Assembly (NCBI GenBank): GCA_963701965.1
Contig: OY969695.1
Span: forward strand, 416,001 to 480,000
Source: an uncultured Gemmatimonadales bacterium
Lineage (GTDB): Bacteria > Gemmatimonadota > Gemmatimonadetes > Gemmatimonadales > Gemmatimonadaceae
Length of the DNA stretch: 64,000 nt
Direction: 5' to 3'
Shown: piece by piece, positions 30,588 to 42,393 of the stretch
Layout of the letters: each line of letters opens with the position of its first letter
Numbering within the stretch: position 1 is the first letter of the stretch
Position numbers and translations under genes: made by a program
Notes under the pieces: model-generated
Database searches by the model: none
The model's input: only the letters and a program-made list of their open reading frames with translations
What the model was told of the DNA's origin: nothing

Positions 30588-31871
30588 CTAGTGCTTCGAC
30601 AGCAGTTGGACGAGCTGCTGGTGGTTCACGACGGCGAGTTTCTGGCCACTGGCGGCCGACACGACGCCGCTGGGGTTCGTGAAGATGTCCGCACCGAACT
30701 CCGATAGGCCGGGTGCGCCCGCGAATCCCAACGGGTGCTGGCCGAACTTGCTCAGACGGAAGATGTCGAACACGCTCTTGAGCAACGAGTAGTGATTATA
30801 GGCATTCTCGCTGATCGTGCCGGGCTTGATGAAACGGGAGATCATGACGGCACCGACATCGCCACCACCAGGACCGTCGCCACCAGGCAGCGCTTCGTTC
30901 GGGCCGGGTTGCTCGCCGCAGCAGGCGATGGAACCGTTGACCCCTTCCGCTTCGTCAGTCGTAATGATCAGGAGACCGTCTTTCTTGTAGGCCGGCGAGT
31001 TCAGGATGAGCGGAATCCATTCTTTCAGCCAGAGATTCGCCGAGACGAGGCCGCCGGGCTCGCCGGTGATGCAGGGCGCATCGTGTCCGTCGTGACAGAC
31101 GTTCGGCGTGATAAAGGTGTAGGCCGCGGTCGTGTTGATCGACTTCAGATCCTGCTGGAGCGGGGCCAAGGATACCACGCTGTCACACAGGGGCGTGTCG
31201 ATGACCGAGTGGAACCACACGAACGGATTGTGGCGGGCGGCGTAGAGATCCTCCGGCTCCTCGTTGTCCGTGATGTCGACCGCGCCGACCGGCACATGCC
31301 CGCAGACCGACGCCTCGCGCGTCGGATCGTTCCCCATATCCTCCATGTACGCCTTGAACGACAGGTGCGCCGCGGCGAGCTGGTTGAAGATTGTCCACAC
31401 GCCCTTGGGGTACACGCAACCTTCGCCGGCGATCTGTCCGGTGGTGGTATTCCAGCCGCCGTTGGGCCCCTTCGGGACGAAGTCGGAGTTGATCCCGCAA
31501 TCGGCGGAGGTCGAGCTGTCCGGCGCTTGGCCGCTCGCCAACGCCGTGTAGTTGTCGAGGCTCGAGTGCCCAATGGCGTAGTACTGGCTGAGGAACGCGC
31601 CCTGGGGAATCAGCGTGTCGACGAGAAACGTCGCCGGAGTGCCGGGACCAAACGTCGCCAGGACGTCCTCGTTCTCCAACAGAACGATGAAGACGTGGCC
31701 GAAGTTCGGAAGGGCGGCCGCGGCGGACGGGGCCGCGGCGGCGGCGAGGCGCGCATCGGTCGCGGCGCTGGTCGGCGACTTGCTGTCGCTGCACGCCGCC
31801 ATCGCGGCAACCGTGACCGCGCAGGCGGCCGCGGTTCGGGTCCATCTGACAAGACGATAATCCGATCCCAT
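30588..31871 (-). CDS. phosphoesterase family (acid phosphatase / phospholipase C-like) lipoprotein
   Basis: Lipobox MAAC; HVFIVLLEN, H.S..NY, RHNPF, TPNVCHDGHD, TTDE, YNHYSLL. Confidence 0.88.
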   Translation of the reverse strand: MGSDYRLVRWTRTAAACAVTVAAMAACSDSKSPTSAATDARLAAAAAPSAAAALPNFGHVFIVLLENEDVLATFGPGTPATFLVDTLIPQGAFLSQYYAIGHSSLDNYTALASGQAPDSSTSADCGINSDFVPKGPNGGWNTTTGQIAGEGCVYPKGVWTIFNQLAAAHLSFKAYMEDMGNDPTREASVCGHVPVGAVDITDNEEPEDLYAARHNPFVWFHSVIDTPLCDSVVSLAPLQQDLKSINTTAAYTFITPNVCHDGHDAPCITGEPGGLVSANLWLKEWIPLILNSPAYKKDGLLIITTDEAEGVNGSIACCGEQPGPNEALPGGDGPGGGDVGAVMISRFIKPGTISENAYNHYSLLKSVFDIFRLSKFGQHPLGFAGAPGLSEFGADIFTNPSGVVSAASGQKLAVVNHQQLVQLLSKH

Positions 31872-32082
31872 CGCATGACTCCTGAAGTACGGGTAGGGTG
31901 CGAAGCGCGCGGTCTGCGCGCCGCCGATGGATGCCCTACGCGCGCACCACGCTCATGACGTGGAGGCATGCGTTGCGTCTCGACTATTTCACGATCACAT
32001 GTCACCGAGCTCGTGCAAAGTTGTACGGATCACCCCGGCGTGACGCCGCATGGACCCAACCCGAAACCTTGTCTTCGCCATG

Positions 32083-34152
<2,070 letters not shown>

Positions 34153-34245
34153 GCCCCACCTCGTGTCTCCGGAGTCTCATTACTCGATATTAGAGCCTGA
34201 GACGACTCCCTGACAGAGCAGCGACCTCGACCGCGATGGCGCGGA

Positions 34246-35371
34246 TCAGGCCGCCGGCATGATCACGCGGACGCACGTTTTCGACGCCAGGTCCGCCCAG
34301 TGCGACCGGACGAGTTGCAACACGCTCGGCGTCACCTCCTGGCCCCGGGCGATCAGCAACACTCCGTTCCCGCCGTGCACATCGGCGGCGAAGACCATGC
34401 CCTCGGCCACGTCGGCCAGCTTGACTTCGCGCGTGGACGGCTGCGCCGGCGTGTCGCCGGAGCCGAGTCGTGCCCGCAGCACCGCGAGCGCATCGGGATC
34501 GTAGCGATCAGCGTGCCGCTCGATCACCTCCAGCATCTGTAAGACCGACGCGCCGCGCGCTTCCAGCGCATCGAAATCGATCGCCAGTCGCAGGAGGCGC
34601 GCGCCGACCGGCATCGACGCCACGGGCGTGTCGCCGTCCAGCGCGCCCAAGAATGTCCCGAACGGCTTCCAGTCGCGGAATGCGGGCGATCAACTGCTGG
34701 GCTACCTGCGGCACCGGGTCTACGAGCTTTTTCTCCGGCGCCGTGAGCGGCCGCCCGTGATACAGCTTCTGGACCAACGCGGGGGCCAGCGTGATGCACC
34801 CGACCTGCGACAACATGGCCGCGACCTCGATCGGCCAGCGCTCGGCGATCTTGAGCTCTGCGGCCAGGGTCGCGACGTGCCGCTTGATGCGCGTGGCCCG
34901 GCCGAACGCCATCGGGTGCACGAGCGACAACACATCGGTCAACGCGGTGATGCTGCCTTGGAGCGTTTCCTCGAGGAGAACGCGCTCGCTCGTCACGAGG
35001 CGGTACTGCTCGGCGGCAGCGGCGACGGCCCGGGCCAAGGCCTCCGGCGCGATCGGCTTGGTGAGGAACTGAAAGATGTTCCCCAGGTTGACCGCCTCGA
35101 TGACGAGGTCCATATCCGCAGCGCCGGTGAGCAACATCCGCACCGTGTCCGGCGCGATCTGGCGGACGTCCTGCAGAAAACTGATGCCATCGCGGACGGG
35201 CATGCGCAGATCGGAGATCACGACCGCGAACGGCGGTCCCTGGCCAATGGCGGCCAACCCCTCCGCCGCTCCTGGCGCCGTGACGATTTCCACGTCGCGC
35301 CGGAGGGAGCGGGTGATCGCGGAGAGCACGTACGGCTCGTCATCCACACACAGGACGCGCGTCGGTTCCAT
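34246..35371 (-). CDS. response regulator with degenerate HD-GYP-like output, frameshifted at about 34647
   Basis: REC domain (VDDE, SDLRMP, LTG, FLTKP); AAMLSQVG; the C-terminal part continues in the 34246-34650 frame. Confidence 0.8.
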
Positions 35372-35372
35372 T

Positions 35373-36374
35373 CTAAGCGGCTCCCACGCGCTCGTGGACG
35401 AGCGCGTCAGCACGGTGCACCGCGATGGCCACATCGCGCGCTGCCGGCGGCGCAGACAACGGCAGGCGGTAATACGCGACAGCATCGACGACGGAACGCG
35501 GAATCCCCCACAGCGCCAGCAGATAGGCGCCGAGGGATGTCGTGTCGTCCTCGGACAGACGTTCGGGCGCGCCGCTGGCCAGCACCAGCTGGCCGATATC
35601 GTGAAACAACGCGGCGGTGTAGGTCTCGTCGGCTCGCGTCCGATCCGTGACCAGCTGGCTCGCCAAACTGGCGACCGCCGCGGCGTGCGCGGCGTGCGCC
35701 TCCAGGCAGAACCCGGGTGCCCGGTTGGTCGTCGGCTGATCCACCAGATCATGGGAGTCGGCCATCAACCGTGCCGTGTTGCCACCGAGCACGGTCAACG
35801 CCTCTCCCACGCTCATCGCCGTTCGCGATGGGCCGAAGAATGACGAGTTGGCCAGTTGGAGCAGCTTGGCCGCTATTGCCGCGTCGCGCTTGGCCAGGTC
35901 GAACAGATCGCCCGTTGCGTCCGCGAGCGCCTGGTGCGTGGCCCGACACGCCGGCAACCGGTGCATGCCGGCCGCCAGCGCGCGCGACGGGGCATCGAGT
36001 GCCAGCGCATGCGCCGCGGTCGCGCGCACGATCACCTGTTGCAAAGCACCCGCATCGCAGGGCTTGGCCAGGAACTGGTGGGCGGTATGGAGCGACCGGA
36101 TCGCCGTGCCCCGCTCCGCGTAGCCCGAGAGCACCACGCGCACCGTCTGCGGCCAACGTTCGGCGATCCGGGCCAGCAAGGTGGCGCCGTCCATCTGCGG
36201 CATCCGGAGATCGCTGACGATGATGTCGAACGCGCCGGCCTCACACGCCAGGAGGGCGGCGTCGCCGCTGGTGACGAACGTGACGTCCCACTCCGTGCGC
36301 CAGGGGCGGAGCGTGCGCCGCACGCCATCGAGCACGCGCGGTTCGTCGTCGACGAACAGGATGCGCCACGTCAC
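35373..36374 (-). CDS. REC-HDOD domain response regulator
   Basis: ILFVDDE, SDLRMPQMDG, AKP; KLLQLANSSFFG, LFHDIGQLVL, LGAYLLALWG. Confidence 0.88.
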   Translation of the reverse strand: MTWRILFVDDEPRVLDGVRRTLRPWRTEWDVTFVTSGDAALLACEAGAFDIIVSDLRMPQMDGATLLARIAERWPQTVRVVLSGYAERGTAIRSLHTAHQFLAKPCDAGALQQVIVRATAAHALALDAPSRALAAGMHRLPACRATHQALADATGDLFDLAKRDAAIAAKLLQLANSSFFGPSRTAMSVGEALTVLGGNTARLMADSHDLVDQPTTNRAPGFCLEAHAAHAAAVASLASQLVTDRTRADETYTAALFHDIGQLVLASGAPERLSEDDTTSLGAYLLALWGIPRSVVDAVAYYRLPLSAPPAARDVAIAVHRADALVHERVGAA

Positions 36375-37201
36375 GCCGCGAGCGGCAAGCGCACGAGAAA
36401 CGTCGTGCCCTGCCCCTCCCGCGTGTCGAACGTGATCGTCCCGCCGTGATGTTCGACGACCACGCTGCGCGCGACCGCGAGTCCCTGCCCGGCGCCGGTA
36501 CCGACCGGCTTCGTTGTGAAGAACGGTTCGAACACGTGATCGCGCGCCGCGGCGGGAATGCCCGTGCCCGTGTCGCTGACGCGGAGCTCCACCCACCCGT
36601 CGACCCGGCGCGTGGCGATGGTGATGCGCCCTTTGCCGCCGTCGCGCGTCGCCGGCGCGTCGGCGATCGCATGGGCGGCATTGATGATCAAGTGCAGCAG
36701 CACCGGGCCGATCTCGCCCGCGACACACGGAATAGAAGGCAGGTCGCGGTCGAGCTCGAGCACGAGTTCGGCGACGTACTTCCACTCGTTCCGCGACACC
36801 GCGACCGTGCTCTCGATCTCGGCGTTCAGATCAATCGCGACGCGCTCGTCGACGTCCGGACCGGCGAGCGACTTGAGACCCCGAACGATGTTGGCGATCC
36901 GCTCCAATCCTTCCAAGGACTGCCGGAACGCGGCGGGGACCTCCACGTCGAGATACGCGAGATCGGCGCGCTCGGCCGCGTCCACCACCGGCTTCGTCAC
37001 GTCGCCAAGCACATCCCGCGCGGTGGCCGCCGCGAGTAGCGCCTCGTACGCGCGCACCAGCGCGCTCATATCATTGAACGCGCGCTCCAGGAAACGCACG
37101 TTGTCCTGCACATACTGCATCGGCGTGTTCAGCTCGTGCGCGATACCGGCCGACAGCCGGCTGATCGCTTCGATCCTCTGCGCGCTCAACCGGTTCGGCA
37201 T
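36371..37201 (-). CDS. histidine kinase without a sensor domain (HisKA + HATPase)
   Basis: AHELNTP, INAAHA, DTGTG, FEPFFTTK, GAGQGL. Confidence 0.9.
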   Translation of the reverse strand: MPNRLSAQRIEAISRLSAGIAHELNTPMQYVQDNVRFLERAFNDMSALVRAYEALLAAATARDVLGDVTKPVVDAAERADLAYLDVEVPAAFRQSLEGLERIANIVRGLKSLAGPDVDERVAIDLNAEIESTVAVSRNEWKYVAELVLELDRDLPSIPCVAGEIGPVLLHLIINAAHAIADAPATRDGGKGRITIATRRVDGWVELRVSDTGTGIPAAARDHVFEPFFTTKPVGTGAGQGLAVARSVVVEHHGGTITFDTREGQGTTFLVRLPLAA

Positions 37202-37316
37202 CGTGTATAAATGACGAACGCCTGAGCGGCCGCGTCACGCGATTTCACACGGATGGCGGGTCAATGTGACGGAATGGGATCTGAGCCGTCGATTATGTGC
37301 GTTAACAGGGACTCAC

Positions 37317-40037
37317 ATGACCCAGCAGTTGGGATTGGGAGCGCGCCGGGACGGTTCCTGGCTATCGGCGCTGATCGAAGAAGGGCCGGGGTTCATAGCA
37401 GTCGCGCGTGGGCCCGACCACATCTTCGAGTTCGCGAATCGCGCCTACTACCGTTTGGTCGGGAATCGCTCGATCATCGGCTTACCGGTGCGGGAAGCCA
37501 TTCCCGAAGTCGTCGACCAGGGCGTGATCGGCGTCCTCGATCGCGTGCTCAAGACCGGCGAGCCGTTCGTCGGCGACGGCATCCCGATCACGCTCGCGCG
37601 TGCCGGCGGCAGCGAGGTACGGCGGTTCTGCGACTTCGCCTACCATCCCATCACCGAACCCAATGGCACGCGATCGGGTGTCGTCTGCTACGGGATCGAC
37701 GTCACGGATCGGCAGAACGCGGTGCGCGCCGTGGAGTTGAACGAAGCGCGGCTGCGCAGCTTGGTCGAAGGGATCGCGCAGATCGTCTGGCGCATGGGCA
37801 CCGATGGCCGCTTCATCGATGTGTCTCAATGGTGCGCGCTCAGCGGTCAGACGGCGGACTGTTTTCAGAATGGCGGGTGGAAAACGGTCGTGCACCCGGA
37901 CGACACCGCATCGGTGGCGACGCTGTTCGCCCGCGGCCTCGATGACGCGCCCATGGCCGCGATCGAGTTCCGGCTCCGGTTGCGCGACGGCACGTACCAT
38001 TGGTTCAGCGGCCAGAGCGTGCCGGTCCGCCGGCCCGACGGCTCCATTCGGGAGTGGGTGGGTCTGTGCACGGACATCGACACGGCGCGGCGGACGCAGG
38101 ATGCCCTGCGCGAGAGCGAGGAACGCTTTCGCGAGCTGGCGCAGCACATCGGCGCGGCATTCTGGATGGTCGAGGCGCAGGACCACCGTCTCCTGTATGT
38201 CAGTCCCGAGTTCGAGAAGATCTGGGGTGGGCCGGCGAGTCAGCTCCAGACCGCCCCCGCTCTCGAGGTGAGCACGCTCCATCCCGACGATCGGGTCCGC
38301 GTCGCCGCGCGCTGGGCCGAGCCGACGACCGAGCCCTTCGCGATCGAATATCGGATTGTACGACCCTCGGGTGAGGTGCGCTGGATCTATGACCGGGTCT
38401 TCCCGGTGCGCGATGACAGCGGAACGGTGTACCGGCTGGCGGGGATCGCGGAAGACGCCACGGATTGGCATCAGATGGACGAGCAGCTACGGTCGGCCGA
38501 GCACCGGTTCCGTTCGATCATGGAGCACTCCGCCGACCTGGTGACGGTCGTCGATACCGAGTTGATCGTGCAGTATATGAGCCCGTCGTATACCCACGGC
38601 CTGGGCTATCCCACCAATGCCCTCGTCGGCCGCAGCGCCTTGGCCATCGTGCATCCTTCGGATGTCCCCGAGACTCAGGACCGCCTCGCCGAGCTCAGTC
38701 TCGTGCCCGGTGGGACCGCCCAGCTCCGGTTGCGGGCCCAGCACGCGAACGGCGAGTGGCGCACGCTCGATCTGGTCGCCAAGAATCTACTCGACGAGCC
38801 GGCGGTGCGCGGCATCGTCGTCTCCGGGCGTGACATCACCGAACGGCAGCAGCTGGAATCGCAGCTGCGGCAGGCCCAGAAGATGGAAGCGGTCGGCCAG
38901 CTCGCCGGCGGCGTCTCACACGATTTCAACAACGTATTGACGGTCATCCTGAGCTCCGTCGTGTTCGCGCTGGAGGGCCTGGAGACGCCCGCCGAGGTGG
39001 ATCGCGCCGCCTTGCGGGACGACCTGTTGGAGGTCAAGAGCGCGGCGGAGCGCGCCGCGGCGCTCACGCGCCAGCTGTTGGCCTTTAGCCGGCGCCAGAT
39101 CATCCAACCGCGCGTCCTCGATTTCAACGAAGTGATGTACGGGCTCCAGAAGATGTTGCAGCGGCTGATCGGGGAGGACATCGATTTGCGCGTGCTCGGC
39201 GCCGCCGATCTCTGGCGCGTGCGGGCCGACGCCGGGCAACTGGAGCAGGTCATCATCAATCTCGCCCTCAATGCCCGCGACGCCATGCCCAATGGCGGTC
39301 CGCTGGTCATCACGACGCAGAACGCGACACTGGATGCGGCATTCGTGCACGATCACCCCGGATCGAGCCCCGGCGAGTTCGCGTTGCTGGCAGTGACGGA
39401 TACCGGCACGGGGATGGACGACCAGGTCAAGGCGCGCGTGTTCGAGCCATTCTTCACCACCAAGTCCCCGGGCAAAGGCACGGGACTCGGTCTGGCGATG
39501 GTGTATGGCGCGATCAAACAGTCGGGCGGGTACATCGACATTTTGAGCGCGCCGGGTCAGGGCACCACCCTGCGCATCTATCTCCCGCGGTACGCCGGCG
39601 CCGGCGCTGGCGCCGCCACGACCACCGAGATCACACCCGCGCGCCCAACTCCCCGGGGCACGGAAACGATTCTCGTCGTCGAGGACGACGTGGCGGTCCG
39701 CGCCACCACCGTGCGGCTGCTCCGATCCCAGGGCTACGTGGTCCTCCAGGCCGAGACGGGCGCCGAAGCCATGGCGCTCGTCCACGGCGGCGAACCGATC
39801 CACCTGGTGCTCACCGATGTCGTGATGCCGCAGATGGGCGGCCTGGAGCTGATCAAGGCTCTGGGTGTCTTGAGCGAGCGGACCACCGTGCTCTTCATGT
39901 CGGGGTACACCGCCGACGAGGTGATCCAGCGCGGCGCATTGCCGTCGGGGACGCGTTTTCTGGGTAAACCGTTCCGACCCCAAGGCCTCTACGAGGCCGT
40001 CCGGTCAGCGCTCGACGCCAACGCCTACGCGCCCTGA
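37317..40037 (+). CDS. cytoplasmic hybrid histidine kinase (four PAS domains, HisKA, HATPase, REC); alternative start 37266
   Basis: Repeated VHPDD PAS motifs, QAQKMEAVGQLAGGVSHDFNN, NARDAM, GTGLGL, LTDVVMP; no TM segments. Confidence 0.93.
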   Translation: MTQQLGLGARRDGSWLSALIEEGPGFIAVARGPDHIFEFANRAYYRLVGNRSIIGLPVREAIPEVVDQGVIGVLDRVLKTGEPFVGDGIPITLARAGGSEVRRFCDFAYHPITEPNGTRSGVVCYGIDVTDRQNAVRAVELNEARLRSLVEGIAQIVWRMGTDGRFIDVSQWCALSGQTADCFQNGGWKTVVHPDDTASVATLFARGLDDAPMAAIEFRLRLRDGTYHWFSGQSVPVRRPDGSIREWVGLCTDIDTARRTQDALRESEERFRELAQHIGAAFWMVEAQDHRLLYVSPEFEKIWGGPASQLQTAPALEVSTLHPDDRVRVAARWAEPTTEPFAIEYRIVRPSGEVRWIYDRVFPVRDDSGTVYRLAGIAEDATDWHQMDEQLRSAEHRFRSIMEHSADLVTVVDTELIVQYMSPSYTHGLGYPTNALVGRSALAIVHPSDVPETQDRLAELSLVPGGTAQLRLRAQHANGEWRTLDLVAKNLLDEPAVRGIVVSGRDITERQQLESQLRQAQKMEAVGQLAGGVSHDFNNVLTVILSSVVFALEGLETPAEVDRAALRDDLLEVKSAAERAAALTRQLLAFSRRQIIQPRVLDFNEVMYGLQKMLQRLIGEDIDLRVLGAADLWRVRADAGQLEQVIINLALNARDAMPNGGPLVITTQNATLDAAFVHDHPGSSPGEFALLAVTDTGTGMDDQVKARVFEPFFTTKSPGKGTGLGLAMVYGAIKQSGGYIDILSAPGQGTTLRIYLPRYAGAGAGAATTTEITPARPTPRGTETILVVEDDVAVRATTVRLLRSQGYVVLQAETGAEAMALVHGGEPIHLVLTDVVMPQMGGLELIKALGVLSERTTVLFMSGYTADEVIQRGALPSGTRFLGKPFRPQGLYEAVRSALDANAYAP

Positions 40038-40041
40038 GGCG

Positions 40042-41661
40042 TTACGCGATCATCGCCAGGCCCTGACTGGGCTTGACCTCGCGGATGTGCGCGTCGTTCG
40101 TCAGGGCGAGCGAGACGAGCACGGACTCCGTCGCCAGGAAGGCGGCGAGCACCTCGGGGCGCCAGTGGTGCGCCAGCTCGCGGATGCGGTTCACCGCCTG
40201 CGTCGGCGGCATCGCTTTGGAGTAGTTCCGGTCGGACGTCATCGCGTCGAAGACGTCGGCAATGGCGACGATCTGCGAGTGAAACGGCACGGCGTCTCCC
40301 GCCAGGCCATCCGGATATCCGGTCCCGTCCAGCCGCTCGTGGTGGGAGCGGATGATGGGCATGATCGGCCACGGGAAATCGATCCCCGCGAGGATCTCGG
40401 TGCCCCACACCGGATGCTGTTTGATGATGTCGTACTCGGCGGAATCGAGCTTGCCGGGTTTGCGCAGGATCTCATGCGGCACGAGCAGCTTGCCCAGGTC
40501 GTGCAAGTAGGCGCCCACCTGGACCGTCATGAGATCGGCTTCCTCCAGGCGCAACGCCTTGGCGACCGTCATCGCGTAGGCCGCCACGCGGCCGGAGTGA
40601 CCGAACGTATACGTGTCCGCCGCTTCGATCGACCGGCCCCAGCGGGCGACGACTTCGATGTAGATCCGCTCCAGCTTCGCAATGTTGCTCGCCACCTTGT
40701 GGTCATCGGCGCTGGCGCCGAGCGCGCCGAACAGCTTGCGCGAGGTGTTGAGCAGTCGGAGCGCGTCCTGGTTGCGTTCCTGATTGACGTAGAGAATCGC
40801 CAGCTCGCGCGTCGCCTCCGCTTCCGGGAGCTTCGCGCCCACAGATCGCGCCAGCGCGATCGCCGAATGAAAACGATTCTCGGCGAGTCCGACATCTCCC
40901 TGCTCCCGGTACACGACGCCCAGCCACCGATACGCGTCTGCCTTGCTGAGCGCATTGCCCAGTTGCGAGAACGTCGTGAGCGCTTCCTCGGCGCTGGCCA
41001 GCGCGCGCTCGAAGCGCCGGCAGGCGACGTCGACCTCGGTCCGATTGAGCAACGTGGTCGCGCGGAGTGCCACATCACCCAGGTGAACGGCCCGCTCCAG
41101 CGCGGCATCGAAGTACGCTTCGGCGTCGCGCCATTGCTCCCGGTCGGCGCTCAACATGCCGAGGTTGTGATAGGCCCGGGCGCAGCCCAGTTCGTTTCTC
41201 GCGCGATCAAAGGCCCGGAGCGAGCGCAGGTAGCGGCGGCGCGCTTCGTCGTAGTTGCCGCGAATGTTGGCGATCACGCCTAGGTTCTGCTCCACATGGC
41301 CTGTCAGCTCGCTGGCGCCGCCCAGCGAGAGGGCGCGATCGAGCTCGCGTTCGGCGTCCGTCCACTCGCAACGGTCGATGTGGATCCACGCCTTGCAATT
41401 GAGCGCCTCGGCGGCCAGCCCCGGCGCGTCGCCTTCCATTGCCGTCTCATAGCTGGCCCGCACCAGGGCCAGCGCCCGATCGAACTCCTGGCGACGCCGA
41501 TGGATCGAGGCCTGGCGACGCAGCGCGATCGCCCGCGACTCGATGTCGCGGGGCTCGGCCGCCGCCAGCGCCGCGGCGTAGCAGTCGAGCGCGTCCGTGA
41601 GACGACCGTCTCGTTCATGCTTCTCGGCGGTCGCGATCCAATGTAGAGACTTGAAACCCAT
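40042..41661 (-). CDS. TPR-repeat HD-GYP phosphodiesterase
   Basis: TPR helices; YTFGHS.RV, LHDLGK, HHERLDGTGYP, ADVFDAM. Confidence 0.9.
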   Translation of the reverse strand: MGFKSLHWIATAEKHERDGRLTDALDCYAAALAAAEPRDIESRAIALRRQASIHRRRQEFDRALALVRASYETAMEGDAPGLAAEALNCKAWIHIDRCEWTDAERELDRALSLGGASELTGHVEQNLGVIANIRGNYDEARRRYLRSLRAFDRARNELGCARAYHNLGMLSADREQWRDAEAYFDAALERAVHLGDVALRATTLLNRTEVDVACRRFERALASAEEALTTFSQLGNALSKADAYRWLGVVYREQGDVGLAENRFHSAIALARSVGAKLPEAEATRELAILYVNQERNQDALRLLNTSRKLFGALGASADDHKVASNIAKLERIYIEVVARWGRSIEAADTYTFGHSGRVAAYAMTVAKALRLEEADLMTVQVGAYLHDLGKLLVPHEILRKPGKLDSAEYDIIKQHPVWGTEILAGIDFPWPIMPIIRSHHERLDGTGYPDGLAGDAVPFHSQIVAIADVFDAMTSDRNYSKAMPPTQAVNRIRELAHHWRPEVLAAFLATESVLVSLALTNDAHIREVKPSQGLAMIA

Positions 41662-41859
41662 CGATCCCCTCGACTGGGTGCCTGCATCTCTCTGACGTGA
41701 GGATGGTCCCATAAGCAACCGGGGATCACAAATCACGGGGGTGATATGCCATTGTGGCCCCAATGCTTACCAAACGTTGCCGTGTGGTAACCATTTGGCT
41801 ACGACAGCTACGTAACCAGATGGTTCCCAACTAGCAGGGGCGACGAATGGTTTCAGGGA

Positions 41860-42375
41860 CTACTGGACCCTGAACCGCACGCTGGCCTGGGTCGTGTCCC
41901 ACACCATCTGGATCTCACCGCCCTCACCCTGCGGTACGATGTTGATGGCGAACTTCTCGACCGACGCGGGAACGGGCGCGGTGGTCATCGGAATCCGCAC
42001 CAGATCCTGATCCTCGTGATATTCGGTGCCCCACTGCTTGTTCTGCTTGTTGACGACGAGCAGCCACTGTCCCGTTTGTTGGGGCACCGAATACAGGGTG
42101 TAGGTGCCCGCCGGGACCGCGGAGCCACCGATGGACAGCGGCTTGTCGGTCACGAATGTCGTGGCCGCATTGGCTCCGGTGCGCCACACCTTCCCCCACG
42201 GCACCAATCCGCCCCAGATGACTCGCCCACGCATCGATGGCCGGCCGTAGTCGACCAGGAGGTGGGCACCGGCGATGGTCGCCCGCGTCGTATCACGCGG
42301 CGACGGAATGTTCTGCTGGGCCGAAGCGCCCCGCGCGCTCACCGCCAGGGCGAGGGCAAGAAGAAAAACTCTCAT
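41860..42375 (-). CDS. secreted DUF2911 family protein
   Basis: SPRD, YGRPS.RGR.I.G.LVP.GKVWRTGAN.AT. Confidence 0.88.
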   Translation of the reverse strand: MRVFLLALALAVSARGASAQQNIPSPRDTTRATIAGAHLLVDYGRPSMRGRVIWGGLVPWGKVWRTGANAATTFVTDKPLSIGGSAVPAGTYTLYSVPQQTGQWLLVVNKQNKQWGTEYHEDQDLVRIPMTTAPVPASVEKFAINIVPQGEGGEIQMVWDTTQASVRFRVQ

Positions 42376-42393
42376 GGTTCAATCTGCGCCCCG

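Noticed and set aside
41700..41860. c-di-GMP-I (GEMM) riboswitch
   Set aside because: Only a short AAACCATTCG match on the minus strand; the GNRA tetraloop/receptor architecture is absent
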